From assembly GCA_965222155.1 (NCBI GenBank), contig CBDCTH010000012.1, forward strand, positions 2,048,001 to 2,112,000: DNA of 64,000 nt. Reading direction: 5' to 3'. The position numbers and the translations under genes are program-made. Shown here piece after piece: positions 10,214 through 20,460 of the stretch. The DNA comes from Gammaproteobacteria bacterium. Its GTDB lineage: Bacteria > Pseudomonadota > Gammaproteobacteria > Eutrophobiales > Eutrophobiaceae. The notes below the pieces were generated by a model, which had not been told where the DNA came from, made no database searches, and worked only from the letters and a program-made list of their open reading frames with translations. The number at the start of each line of letters is the position of its first letter. Position 1 is the stretch's first letter.

Positions 10214-11314
10214 CAAAGCCTTGCCCAGCGCCTTGAGAAATTTGGCGTTTTCCTGTTCCAGGCCGATGGTCACCCGCAGGTGGTTGGGTAACCCGTATTC
10301 AAGCACGGGTCTGACGATGACGCCGTCTTTCAGCATGGCCTGGTAAACAGGGTCGGCCGGCCGTTCCAGATCAAAAGTGATGAAATTGGCTATGGACTCT
10401 ATCCACTGAATCCCCAGGTCGGCGAAGCCCGAAATCAGTGTCTGCATGCCCTGATCGTTGATTGCCACACTGTGGCGCAGGTGTTCCTGGTCCTTCAATG
10501 CAACTTCCGCGGCGTGTAGCGCCAGGGTATTCACATTGAAAGGCTGCCTTACCCGGTTCATTAAATCCGCCATGTCGGGGTGGCTTACGGCATAGCCGAC
10601 CCGGAGCCCGGCCAGCCCGTAGGCTTTGGAAAAAGTACGAGTAATTACCAGGTTGGGAAAATCCGCCAGGAAGTCTACCGAATTCGGGTAATCATCACAC
10701 AAGGAAACGGCAAATTCATAATAGGCCTCATCGATCACCACTATCACGTCTTCAGGCACGGAAGCCAAAAACGACCGCAACTCGCTCTTGTCGATCCAAC
10801 TGCCGGTCGGATTGTTCGGGTTATCAATAAAGATCAGCCGGGTGCGGCTGCTGACTGCATCCAGCATCGCTGCCAGGTCATGCCGGTAATCCCGGGTGGG
10901 CGTGACGACGGGAGTAGCGCCGATCGCATGGGTTGCCAGGTGATAAACAATAAATGCATTTTCAGAATAGATCACCTCATGGGCGCCGCTGACGATACTG
11001 CGGGCAGCCAGTTCGAGCACGTCGTTGGAACCGTTGCCCAGGGTAATCTGCTCCGGACTGACGCCGTGAAAGTCCGCCAGTGCGCGCTTCAGGGAAGAAC
11101 CTGAACCGTCCGGATAACGGCTCAAGTCAAACCCGTCCGCCGCCAGCGCCTGCAGCACTTTTTTACTGGGACCCAGCGAACTTTCATTGGAAGCCAGTTT
11201 GATCACGTTGGTCAAACCAAGCTCCTGGCGCACTTCGTCCGCGGATTTGCCGGGCCGGTAGGTTGGTAAAGCGGCAATCCCCGGCGTCGCTAATCTGGTA
11301 ATATCGATAGTCAT
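10184..11314 (-). CDS. hisC: Histidinol-phosphate/aromatic aminotransferase
   Basis: IKLASNE, GNGSND, NPNNPTG, DEAY, RTFSKAYGLAGLRVGY. Confidence 0.96.
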   Translation of the reverse strand: MTIDITRLATPGIAALPTYRPGKSADEVRQELGLTNVIKLASNESSLGPSKKVLQALAADGFDLSRYPDGSGSSLKRALADFHGVSPEQITLGNGSNDVLELAARSIVSGAHEVIYSENAFIVYHLATHAIGATPVVTPTRDYRHDLAAMLDAVSSRTRLIFIDNPNNPTGSWIDKSELRSFLASVPEDVIVVIDEAYYEFAVSLCDDYPNSVDFLADFPNLVITRTFSKAYGLAGLRVGYAVSHPDMADLMNRVRQPFNVNTLALHAAEVALKDQEHLRHSVAINDQGMQTLISGFADLGIQWIESIANFITFDLERPADPVYQAMLKDGVIVRPVLEYGLPNHLRVTIGLEQENAKFLKALGKALATEDTEITE

Positions 11315-11341
11315 GAGATGTGATTGATTATTTTCTAGTCA

Positions 11342-11468
11342 GCCACAGAGTACATGGAAATCACAGAGTGAAACGGGGCAGCAGTTAAGATTTGGGTAGC
11401 TTGCATGTTCTGCGATTCACCTGTTACGTTATTCATACTGTTTTTTCTTTCTCTGTGCCCTCTGTGGC
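11342..11468. repeat. CACAGAG-periodic MITE-like element, copy D
   Basis: gccacagagtacatggaaatcacagag ... ctctgtgccctctgtggc. Confidence 0.9.
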
Positions 11469-11490
11469 AAATAAACCGGCGGAATCCAGG

Positions 11491-12570
11491 TCAGCACGCC
11501 GCGGGATAGGACCCCAGCAACTTCATCATGGCGGCCTTGTCACGCAACTCGGCCAGGGCCTGCGCTATATCTTCATCGTCTGCATGACCGGCGATATCCA
11601 CGAAAAATACGTATTCCCACATGCCCTGGCGCGCCGGCCTCGATTCTATCCTCGTCATATTCACGTCGTGCTGCGAGAAACAGGCAAGCATGTTCATCAA
11701 TGCGCCGGGCTTGCTGGGCATGGCAAATAATACCGAAGTCTTGTCATTACCGCTGGGCGGCAGCGTTTCCTTGCCAAGCACCAGGAACCGCGTTGTATTA
11801 TCAGGATCATCCTCTATGTTTTTCCTGAGAATGGGTAAATTGTAAGTCATTGCCGCCCGCTCTCCTGCAACGGCCGCGCTGTTCTCATTCTTGCCGGCAT
11901 TTAACGCCGCGTCCGCGTTACTCGGCATGGCAATACGCCGGGCCTGTTCCAGGTTCGCATCGAGCCAGCGGCGACACTGCGCCAATGACTGCTCATGGGA
12001 ATACACGATTTCAATATCTTCCATATTTTCCGAGTGGCTGAGCAAATGCTGATGGATACGCAATTCCACTTCACCACAGAGTTTCAGGTCGGAAACCAGC
12101 AGCATGTCCAGCGTATGGTTGATCGCGCCTTCAATCGAATTCTCTACGGGAACCACTCCGTATTGACATACGCCTGCTTCGACTTCCCGGAATACCTGGT
12201 CAATACTGCCCAGCAGGGACAGTTTAACCGACTGCCCGAACTGTTTCAGCGCCGCGGATTGGGTGAACGTTCCTTCCGGCCCCAGGCAAGCGATACCAAG
12301 TGGCGCCTCCAGGGCCAGGCAGGCAGACATGACCTCCCGCACCAGCCTGCTGATCTCATCATCCGGCAAGGGCCCGGTGTTAAGGTTCTTCACCCTTTCC
12401 AATACCCGGGCTTCACGCTCAGGCCGATATAACGGAAGCTCATCGTTCAGCTGTTTTTTTACCTCAGCGACTTCCAGCGCCAGGCGCGCGCGCCGGTTGA
12501 GCAACTCGACCAGTTGCTCATCCAGGGCATCAATTTTACTCCTTAATTGTTCCAGCCTTGAATTTTTCAC
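11491..12570 (-). CDS. pheA: Chorismate mutase/prephenate dehydratase (P-protein)
   Basis: N-terminal CM domain (LRSKIDALD), LGPEGTF, NTTRF, ACT domain with IESRP. Confidence 0.97.
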   Translation of the reverse strand: MKNSRLEQLRSKIDALDEQLVELLNRRARLALEVAEVKKQLNDELPLYRPEREARVLERVKNLNTGPLPDDEISRLVREVMSACLALEAPLGIACLGPEGTFTQSAALKQFGQSVKLSLLGSIDQVFREVEAGVCQYGVVPVENSIEGAINHTLDMLLVSDLKLCGEVELRIHQHLLSHSENMEDIEIVYSHEQSLAQCRRWLDANLEQARRIAMPSNADAALNAGKNENSAAVAGERAAMTYNLPILRKNIEDDPDNTTRFLVLGKETLPPSGNDKTSVLFAMPSKPGALMNMLACFSQHDVNMTRIESRPARQGMWEYVFFVDIAGHADDEDIAQALAELRDKAAMMKLLGSYPAAC

Positions 12571-12602
12571 GAATTATTGTTTTGTACCAGCCTTCCCCCG
12601 GC

Positions 12603-13703
12603 TCACCCATTACGTGCGGCAAAATCTGCCATGAATTCAATTAACGTATCCACTCCGGCTTCAGGCATCCCATTGTACATGCTTGCCCGCATCCCGCCCA
12701 CGCTGCGATGGCCTTTCAATTCAATCAACCCGCTGTCCCCGGCGCCGGCAAGAAATGTGCCGTCAAGATTCGGGTGCGCCAGGATGAACGGTACGTTCAT
12801 CCTCGAACGATAAGGTCCGGCAACGGGATTACTGTAAAAATCATGGCCGTCGATGAAATCATACAACCTGCCTGAACGGCGCAATGCGTTCTCGTGCATT
12901 TGTTCTACCCCCCCCTGCTCCCTGATCCAGGCAAACGTCAAACCCGCCATGTACCAGTTAAAGACAGACGGCGTATTGAACATGGAATCATGCTCGGCCA
13001 GAATTTTAAAATCGTATAATACCGGTATATCCGGACGCGCCCGGCCAAGCAGGTCTTCCCGAACCAGGGCGATAGTCAAACCGGCCGGGGCAATATTCTT
13101 TTGTGCGCCCGCAAATATCAGCCCATACCGATCTACCGGCACGGGACGGGATAAAAAATTAGATGTCATATCACAGACCAGTACAGCATTCCCATAAGCG
13201 TCCGGCAACACCGGCGTAGCCTGGAATTCCACCCCTGTAATCGTTTCATTATCACAATAATACAGGTAGGCGGGGCGCTCACTGAGGCGCCAATCATCCT
13301 GGTCAGGGATAGTGGTGAAATTCGCAGCTGCTGACGTGGCGGCAATATTCACGTTCGTCAGGCGGCCGGCCTCTTTGGCGGCCTTTTCCGACCAGGCGCC
13401 CGTAACCACGTAATCTGCGCCGGACGATTTGTTACACAGGTTCAACGGTGCCATACTCATCACGTGTGTAGCGCCGCCTTGCAGGAACAGTATCCTGTAA
13501 TTTTCCGGGATATGGAGCAACCCGGTTAAATCCATGACGGACTGCTCGGCTATGCCCTTGAATGCCCGGCTCCTGTGGCTCATTTCAGCAATGGAGATGC
13601 CGAGACCGTGCCAATCGAGAAATTCTTCCTGAACCTTTGCCATCACCTCCCGGGGCAGCAGCGCGGGACCGGCGCTGAAATTATAGACGGGGTTTGTGGA
13701 CAT
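12603..13703 (-). CDS. serC: Phosphoserine aminotransferase
   Basis: NFSAGPA, EMSHRS, AGAQKN, GHRSVGGMRASMYN. Confidence 0.98.
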   Translation of the reverse strand: MSTNPVYNFSAGPALLPREVMAKVQEEFLDWHGLGISIAEMSHRSRAFKGIAEQSVMDLTGLLHIPENYRILFLQGGATHVMSMAPLNLCNKSSGADYVVTGAWSEKAAKEAGRLTNVNIAATSAAANFTTIPDQDDWRLSERPAYLYYCDNETITGVEFQATPVLPDAYGNAVLVCDMTSNFLSRPVPVDRYGLIFAGAQKNIAPAGLTIALVREDLLGRARPDIPVLYDFKILAEHDSMFNTPSVFNWYMAGLTFAWIREQGGVEQMHENALRRSGRLYDFIDGHDFYSNPVAGPYRSRMNVPFILAHPNLDGTFLAGAGDSGLIELKGHRSVGGMRASMYNGMPEAGVDTLIEFMADFAARNG

Positions 13704-13725
13704 ATTTTATCCTGACGGCGGGAAA

Positions 13726-16299
13726 TTACGCCGCGGGCGGCGCATCGTCACTACTATTATCTTCTCCGTATTCAATAATCCGTTCAAGTCCGGCAAGGCT
13801 CTCGGATTCATTCAGGTTGACCAGTGTCACCCCCATGGTATTCCGGCCGATTACCGATACCTCGCTGACCGGCATCCGGATCAAGGTACCCTGGTCGCTT
13901 ATCAGCATGATCTCATCGTCTTCATCGACCATCTGAGCTCCGACTACTTTGCCGTTGCGCGCATCGGTATGGATGGATATCACGCCCTGGCCGCCGCGAC
14001 CGCGTACCGGGTAGTCCTCGATCGGGGTGCGTTTGCCATAGCCATGCTCGGTGACGGTCAATACGGCTTTGCCCTCTTTGACGATGATCAGGGAAATGAC
14101 GTTATCATCGGGACCCAGCCTGATCCCCCTTACACCACGCGCGGTTCTGCCCATGGAGCGCACATCGGATTCCTTGAAACGGATTACCTTGCCGGCATCA
14201 CTGAACAGCATCACGTCATCATTACCGTCCGTCAGTTCGACACCCACCAGTTGATTGCCCTCGACCAGCTCAATCGCCCTGATGCCGCTTGGCCTGGCTC
14301 TGGAAAAGCTCTTAAGCGCCGTCTTCTTGGTGGTGCCATCCCTGGTTGCCATGAAAACGAACAGATCTTCGCTGAACTCCCGTATCGGTAAAACTGCATT
14401 GATGCGCTCACCCTCATCCAGGGGCAACAGGTTGACGATGGGTTTACCCTTGGCGGAGCGGCTGGCCTGGGGCAACTGATACACCTTCAGCCAGTACAGC
14501 CTGCCCAGGCTGGAAAAGCACAGCATGGTATCGTGGGTGCTGGCAATGAACAGTTTGTCGACAAAATCCTCATTTTTCACAACGGTAGCCGACTTACCCC
14601 TGCCGCCGCGGCGTTGTATCCGGTAACCATCCAGGGGTTGCGTTTTTGCGTAACCCGCATGGGACAGGGTTACCACCACATCCTGTTCGGTGATCAGGTC
14701 TTCCAGGGTCAGGTCCAGCTGGTCTTCGATAATCACAGTGCGCCGCGCATCGCCATACTGCTCACGGATCTCCTCCAGTTCCGTTCTGATTACATCCAGC
14801 AGCCGTTGCGGGCGCGCCAGAACGTCAAGCAGGTCAGCAATCCTGTCCAGCAACTCCCGGTATTCACTGGTTATCTTTTCCTGCTCCAGTCCGGTCAGTT
14901 TCTGCAGGCGCATATCCAGTATGGCCTGGGCCTGTACGTTCGACAGGCGATATCCGTCCGCCGTCAATCCCAACTCTTTCGGCAGGTCATCGGGCCTGGA
15001 AATATCCGCGCTTACCCCTTCCAGCAGTGCGACAACCGCTCCCGGTTGCCACGGCGCTGCCAGCAGGCCGCGTTTTGCCTCGGCCGGCGTGGCGGATCGT
15101 TTGATAAGGTCGATCATCGGATCGATGTTGGCCAGCGCCGCCGCCAACCCTTCCAGGATGTGCGCACGAGCCCTGGCTTTACGCAAATCGAACAGGGTAC
15201 GCCGGATTACCACCTCGCGCCGGTGCCGGATAAATGCATCCAGCATGCCCTTGAGGGTCATCAGGCGGGGCTGTCCGTCCTCCAGCGCTACCAGGTTGAT
15301 ACCGAAAACGCTCTGTATCGCGGTGAACTGGTACAGGTTATTAAGGATGACCTCCGGCACTTCGCCGCGCCGCAGTTCGATAACCAGCCGCATGCCATCC
15401 TTATCGGACTCATCGCGCAACTCGCGAATGCCGGTCAGCTTTTTGTCTTTAACCAGCTCGGCTATCTTTTCCTGCAGCCTGGCCTTATTCACCTGGTAAG
15501 GTAATTCGGTAATGACAATGGCATTCTGCCCGGATTTTTCATCAGTTTCGATGTGTGAACGGGCGCGCATGTAAATGCGCCCGCGCCCGGTGCGGTAGGC
15601 TTCGTGAATGCCCTGGGAACCGTTAATGATACCGGCAGTAGGGAAATCCGGTCCCGGTATATACTCGATCAGTTGTTCTACGCTGAGATTTTCATCCTCT
15701 ATGAGCGCAATACAAGCATTAACCACTTCAATTAAATTATGCGGTGGGATATTAGTCGCCATACCGACGGCAATGCCGCTGGAACCGTTAATCAGGAGGT
15801 TGGGCAGGCGCGTGGGCAGCACCACGGGTTCATGTTCCGCACCGTCATAATTCGGCACATAATCGACGGTTTCCTTATCTATGTCCTCCAACAGCTCATG
15901 CGCGATTCTGGACATACGTATTTCGGTATAGCGCATGGCGGCCGGGGCATCGCCATCCACCGAGCCGAAGTTACCCTGGCCGTCCACCAGTACGTAACGC
16001 AACGAGAAATCCTGGGCCATACGCACTATCGTGTCGTAAACGGCAGAATCTCCGTGGGGGTGATATTTACCAATGACGTCACCGACGATACGCGCGGATT
16101 TCTTGTACGACTTATTGTAATCATTGCCCATTTCGTTCATGGCAAACAATACCCGTCTGTGGACAGGTTTGAGTCCGTCACGAACGTCCGGCAAAGCCCT
16201 GCCGACGATGACGCTCATAGCGTAATCCATGTAGGATTGACGCATTTCATCTTCAATGTTTACCGGTAGAACAGACCGGGCTATCTCGTTGTTAGGCAT
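13726..16299 (-). CDS. gyrA: DNA gyrase subunit A
   Basis: [17 protein letters not shown], GyrA-box QRRGGRG, C-terminal repeats. Confidence 0.99.
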   Translation of the reverse strand: MPNNEIARSVLPVNIEDEMRQSYMDYAMSVIVGRALPDVRDGLKPVHRRVLFAMNEMGNDYNKSYKKSARIVGDVIGKYHPHGDSAVYDTIVRMAQDFSLRYVLVDGQGNFGSVDGDAPAAMRYTEIRMSRIAHELLEDIDKETVDYVPNYDGAEHEPVVLPTRLPNLLINGSSGIAVGMATNIPPHNLIEVVNACIALIEDENLSVEQLIEYIPGPDFPTAGIINGSQGIHEAYRTGRGRIYMRARSHIETDEKSGQNAIVITELPYQVNKARLQEKIAELVKDKKLTGIRELRDESDKDGMRLVIELRRGEVPEVILNNLYQFTAIQSVFGINLVALEDGQPRLMTLKGMLDAFIRHRREVVIRRTLFDLRKARARAHILEGLAAALANIDPMIDLIKRSATPAEAKRGLLAAPWQPGAVVALLEGVSADISRPDDLPKELGLTADGYRLSNVQAQAILDMRLQKLTGLEQEKITSEYRELLDRIADLLDVLARPQRLLDVIRTELEEIREQYGDARRTVIIEDQLDLTLEDLITEQDVVVTLSHAGYAKTQPLDGYRIQRRGGRGKSATVVKNEDFVDKLFIASTHDTMLCFSSLGRLYWLKVYQLPQASRSAKGKPIVNLLPLDEGERINAVLPIREFSEDLFVFMATRDGTTKKTALKSFSRARPSGIRAIELVEGNQLVGVELTDGNDDVMLFSDAGKVIRFKESDVRSMGRTARGVRGIRLGPDDNVISLIIVKEGKAVLTVTEHGYGKRTPIEDYPVRGRGGQGVISIHTDARNGKVVGAQMVDEDDEIMLISDQGTLIRMPVSEVSVIGRNTMGVTLVNLNESESLAGLERIIEYGEDNSSDDAPPAA

Positions 16300-16420
16300 G
16301 TCTCTCTAATCAGGCACACAAACAGGTTCGTTCCCTGCTGTTTCCGCTTGGATTGGAATAAGATATAAGGGCGAAAATTCTACCACAATACTCCTGGTAA
16401 CGATACTGTTATGACTGAGT

Positions 16421-16597
16421 CAGGCGCTCCCGCTAACTCCCGGGATCGAGGGCATCCTGCCCTCGTGGAGGGCGAGACGCCCTCCCTCCCAGGGAAACAG
16501 GCCCCGTGACTCCTGGGGGACAGATTTAAATCTGTCCCCTCTGTCTTCGAAGCCGGCAAGAATCACTGTATTGACCTCGATTTAGCGGGAACAGCTG
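16421..16597 (+). mobile_element. ~176-bp MITE copy 1 (core inverted relative to ends)
   Basis: Ends CAGGCGCTCCCGCTAA / TTAGCGGGAACAGCTG; perfect 9-bp TSD tgactgagt (16412-16420, 16598-16606). Confidence 0.92.
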
Positions 16598-16793
16598 TGA
16601 CTGAGTTGCAGCAGCTCCCACTAACCCGGATTTCTCGGGAACGGCTGCGTGATGATTGAGAGAAATTTCGGAAACAACTGAATGAACGTTAAGGAGAGAC
16701 GCACATGAAATATGAGCCTAAATCTCGCGCTCTGCCATGTGAGTAGCCGTAGCTACCTGACATGCCCGATGGTGTGACTACAAAGCCGAAACG

Positions 16794-17228
16794 TTATTCT
16801 TGGCTAATATATTCCCAGTGTCTATTTAGCCCGATAATTTGAAATTTAGCCGGGTAGATGATTCCAGCTATGGACACTGTTCCGACCCCGTTTGTATCGC
16901 CCTCCATTGTAGACTGAGACAACTGGACTAGGCCTTTTCCACTGGGATGACCACCGTCTAATAGAGCCAAGTTATAGTCTAACTGCGAGAAACATCGCCA
17001 TTTTTCCGTTGCAATCTTCGGGCTTTCCTGCGCCTGAATATTGAAAGTTATCAGTACGAAGACAATAACTATAGGCAGAAAGTGTCCTCCCAAGAGAAAC
17101 ACACATTGTTCGACATATGACAGATGGTCATCCATTCTGTTGAAAAGTGGGACGGTGAGTCCAGCTAGGCTGATTCCAACCAGGATGATCATAATGATGA
17201 CAGCAAGAATGCCGGTGAGTACAGACAT
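16794..17228 (-). CDS. Hypothetical membrane-anchored protein, possibly truncated
   Basis: ORF with two hydrophobic segments; GGAGGGG RBS-like motif before ATG 17228; no recognised family. Confidence 0.45.
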   Translation of the reverse strand: MSVLTGILAVIIMIILVGISLAGLTVPLFNRMDDHLSYVEQCVFLLGGHFLPIVIVFVLITFNIQAQESPKIATEKWRCFSQLDYNLALLDGGHPSGKGLVQLSQSTMEGDTNGVGTVSIAGIIYPAKFQIIGLNRHWEYISQE

Positions 17229-17384
17229 AATTCCAGTTACTTCCCCTCCTTGTAAGCAAGACACACCAGGCCGCCGCGTCCGGTCAATAAATCGTTAGTA
17301 TTTGCGATTGTGTAAGGTATGATTGCATAAGCTTTGCCTGTTGCAACCACCGGGTGATATTAATTGATTACACAACATTATTAA

Positions 17385-17484
17385 GGGAACCTCTAATAAT
17401 TGACAGTTTTTGATACACAGGGTCGCTAACTTATTGAAATCATTGACCGCTAATATATCAATTTGTGAATAAATAGAGGTTCCC
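17385..17484. mobile_element. 100-bp IS5-family-like MITE
   Basis: TIR gggaacctcta / tagaggttccc, each flanked by TTAA (17381-17384, 17485-17488), matching the YTAR target of IS5-subgroup elements. Confidence 0.75.
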
Positions 17485-17547
17485 TTAATTATTATATAGG
17501 AAAGGCTTTTTTGATTCCCGCACTTTCTAATGCGGGATTAGGGTTTT

Positions 17548-18042
17548 TTATCCAGCTCCCAGAACAAACCTTGCTCTTTCCCGGCGCAACATTTCGTAGG
17601 GGTTGATGCAGCGAAGATCGAGACCGAGGCAGACATTTGGAATCTTGATCTTCTTTATGGTTTCGGCGGGCACTTCGTGGCTGACGATAGCGCAGCGGTG
17701 CGCCAGGGCGTGGGCGACAAGCCAGTAGTCCGCGACCTGCAAAAAGGTGGCGACGGCAGAGGCATCGTAATCCTGGTTGCTTACCCAAGCGCTGACCCTC
17801 CCAAGAGCAGGGATAACCTTCTCATCAGGCCTCAGAAAGAAGTCATCGCCGCGCGCCTCGGCCCATTTCGCCAGGTCATCATTGCCAGCATGCAACTCGC
17901 CGGCGACCTTCTCGATACTCGCTACATTTCCCGCTTTGTTCTGCCCAACCAGCCAATCCCAGAAGGCGGGACAAAAGTCGAAGCCGTAGTGCAGATTCTT
18001 CGCCTGGATGAAGACGTTCGCATCAAGGAGATACCTGGTCAT
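17548..18042 (-). CDS. DUF4411 family PIN-like protein
   Basis: YLLDANVFIQAKNLHYGFDFCPAFWDWL, ADYWLVAHA, KIKIPNVC. Confidence 0.88.
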   Translation of the reverse strand: MTRYLLDANVFIQAKNLHYGFDFCPAFWDWLVGQNKAGNVASIEKVAGELHAGNDDLAKWAEARGDDFFLRPDEKVIPALGRVSAWVSNQDYDASAVATFLQVADYWLVAHALAHRCAIVSHEVPAETIKKIKIPNVCLGLDLRCINPYEMLRRERARFVLGAG

Positions 18043-19193
18043 CCCGTGACCCCGACTTCGCGCCCAAGATTATTAAATGTCTCGTTCCTGGACACGCCAA
18101 GCATCCGGAAGGCGTCTCGATAGAGTGTCCGGCCTTCAAGCGTGCTGACCACGAGCGATCGAGCGAACCTCCGGCCCACACGCGCTAGGGTCGTGCGGTA
18201 GAAATCGCCGCCTCCAGCACCGCGTTGTGCGAGGGGACGCAGACGTGTGATTTCCTGCGCCCAGACGATATCGAAACTGTCGCGGTCGAGCCAGCCTGTA
18301 TCGAGCAAACGCCGCAGAATGACCAAGGTGCTGACCTTGAAGGACCTTGCCAGCCGTGACAGTGCCATCGGGAGTGTCTCATTTTTGTGCAGTTCGGCTT
18401 GCAATGCGGCAAACGGCACCAGCAACTCCGCCGCCACGGCGTTGCACCAGACCTCCTCAGGCCGAAACCCCGGCGTAGGGGCAGCATTGGCGTTCGACAG
18501 GGCGGACGCACCCAGCCACAGGTGCGCAAGCTCGTGGGCGAGCGTGAACATCTGCGCCGCCTTGGTGTCCGCGCCGTTGATAAAGATCAGCGGTGCAAGA
18601 GGATCGCACAGGGCGAAACCACGAAATTCGGCAGGGTCCAAGCGACGATGGTTGTTACTCATCACAACCCCGCTCACCATGACGAGCACACCAGCTTCAT
18701 CGGCTTGGCGGATAAACAGCCGCAAGGCCTCGGACCATGTCGGACACTCTCGACGGGCAGTCAGATTGAAACCGAGCGTTTCACTCATCCGGACCGCGAC
18801 TGTCTTCGGCGCTGTCTCAACCGTGGCGCTGCCGACGAAGCCGAGCTCTGGCTGCCGCTCGATTCGGACGAAATCTCGATACCAGATCTGCCGTTCCTGA
18901 CAGGCATAGATCGTATCCAGAAGGTTCGGGCTCGGACGCGCCACGGCTTGCCCGGAAAAGGTGCGGAAGTCCGGGATGGGAACAGTCTCATCGGGGGGCT
19001 CCGTCAGGAAAAGATAGCCGACCGGTACATGAACGGCGCGGGCAAATGCCTCCACCTGCTTCAGGGTGGGCTGGGTCTTACCGTCCTCCCACTCCTGCAG
19101 TTTCCTGAACCTGGTCGCAAGATCCTCCTGCGCCAGCCCGCACCGTTCACGCGCCCAGCGGAGGAGTTCAGGAGAGACGGCGACGCGTATCAT
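18039..19193 (-). CDS. XRE-HTH + ImmA/IrrE family metallopeptidase
   Basis: N-terminal HTH (LRWARER...PTLKQ), FRGFAL, FTLAHELAH (HExxH), EVWCNAVAAELL; 4-bp overlap with DUF4411 gene. Confidence 0.92.
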   Translation of the reverse strand: MIRVAVSPELLRWARERCGLAQEDLATRFRKLQEWEDGKTQPTLKQVEAFARAVHVPVGYLFLTEPPDETVPIPDFRTFSGQAVARPSPNLLDTIYACQERQIWYRDFVRIERQPELGFVGSATVETAPKTVAVRMSETLGFNLTARRECPTWSEALRLFIRQADEAGVLVMVSGVVMSNNHRRLDPAEFRGFALCDPLAPLIFINGADTKAAQMFTLAHELAHLWLGASALSNANAAPTPGFRPEEVWCNAVAAELLVPFAALQAELHKNETLPMALSRLARSFKVSTLVILRRLLDTGWLDRDSFDIVWAQEITRLRPLAQRGAGGGDFYRTTLARVGRRFARSLVVSTLEGRTLYRDAFRMLGVSRNETFNNLGREVGVTG

Positions 19194-20460
19194 GTCATGG
19201 CCTCTGCCGCTCGTTCAGCCTCGTCAAGACGGATTTCACCGGATACGAGTTTCGGAAATAGTGTGTCGCGCAGAGTAGTAAAAGTGTGGGATTCATGTAA
19301 ATTAGCGAGGATTCGGCTCATTATTGGCTGAACTACAGCTTCAGATGTACTGGCTAACTTAGCGGGTGGAATTACCGCATCAACCAGTTTGAAAGTTTGT
19401 CGTGTAATCGTGTCAAAAATCGTTCCATGAGTTCGTCTTTGTAACTCATCTACAGCCATCCTGATATTTAAGTAAGTGAAGAAGTCAGGATAACCGTGAG
19501 CACCACGAATGCCGTAACACGTCTGATTCATGGCCATTGGTATCCCGAGACAAGCTAACCTTCCGACGGTGCCCCTTGCTGTGATAACGGTTGTGTATGC
19601 AGGAAGGATTTTCGCCGCGCTGTTCTCAACCCCTTCCTGTGTAATCTTTCTCTCGGTTTCCAGTACGAACACGTCACTTGGTGAGGGAGAATCCTTCGCC
19701 GTGTACCAAGGAGTGTTTCCATCCCAGTATTTTGATACGGATGTACTGGGGGTACCGCCACTGGAAATTTCTATCATATCATCCAACACTCCCACCCCCC
19801 ACCCCTCCGGTATCTCTCCGAATTGGGAGTCGACAAGTCTGCCGGGAAACAAGTCGGCGAGGTGTCGGGGCAGATCAGGGTCTCGGCCTTCCATCTTGGC
19901 ACGGACGGGGCCGAAATCGACGAACCAGTCCTTGAAGATCGCCCGCGCCATGGCCTCCAGCGTCTCGTTCATGCGCCGGTTCAACTCGATCTTGTCGTCC
20001 AGCGTACCGAGGATATGAGCGATGGCGCGTTGTTCGGGGAGTGAAGGGAGTGGGATTTCAACGCGCAGGATATCGTCCTTGCGTAGTCCGAATCTCGTTC
20101 TGTAACTTGACCAAGAGGCACGGCCCGGAATGCGTCCACGTTCTCTCCTGTATCCCGTAAGACCATATAATCCCGCTCGATCTCTCGGTGAAACCGCTCC
20201 GGCAGACGCGCCCAGTCTCTTGCCTCAACCAGAAAGGGGATAGTCGACTCCCGCACAGCTTCCTCGAAATCGACCAGGGAATCTATCGGAATCTTGTTCA
20301 GGCCCAGCCCGCGCAGTACCAGATCGAGATCGCTGCCGTCATGGCTGCACCCGTTCACCCGGCTGCCGTAGGCCCAGACCTCAACCTCGGGCAGATGCTT
20401 CTGCAACAGCGCCTCCAGCAGCCGACGGTGCTTGGGCAGCAGACGCAGCCTGTCAGTCAT
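19190..20460 (-). pseudogene. hsdS: Nucleotidyltransferase-HsdS fusion (type I R-M specificity subunit) with first TRD deleted and frameshift
   Basis: N-terminal MNT domain (YGSR...SDLDL); HsdS frame resumes near 20093 with IPLPSLPEQRAIAHILGTLDDKIELNRRMNETLE, then one TRD (GGTPST) and LRDTLFPKLVSGEIR. Confidence 0.85.

Noticed and set aside
14950-15060. Insertion in the GyrA coiled-coil region
   Set aside because: An equivalent segment exists in E. coli-type GyrA; no intein motifs.
13696-19331. Long antisense ORFs (e.g. 14533-15504, 18387-19331; also 30459-31604)
   Set aside because: Shadow ORFs opposite well-supported GC-rich genes, with no motifs.
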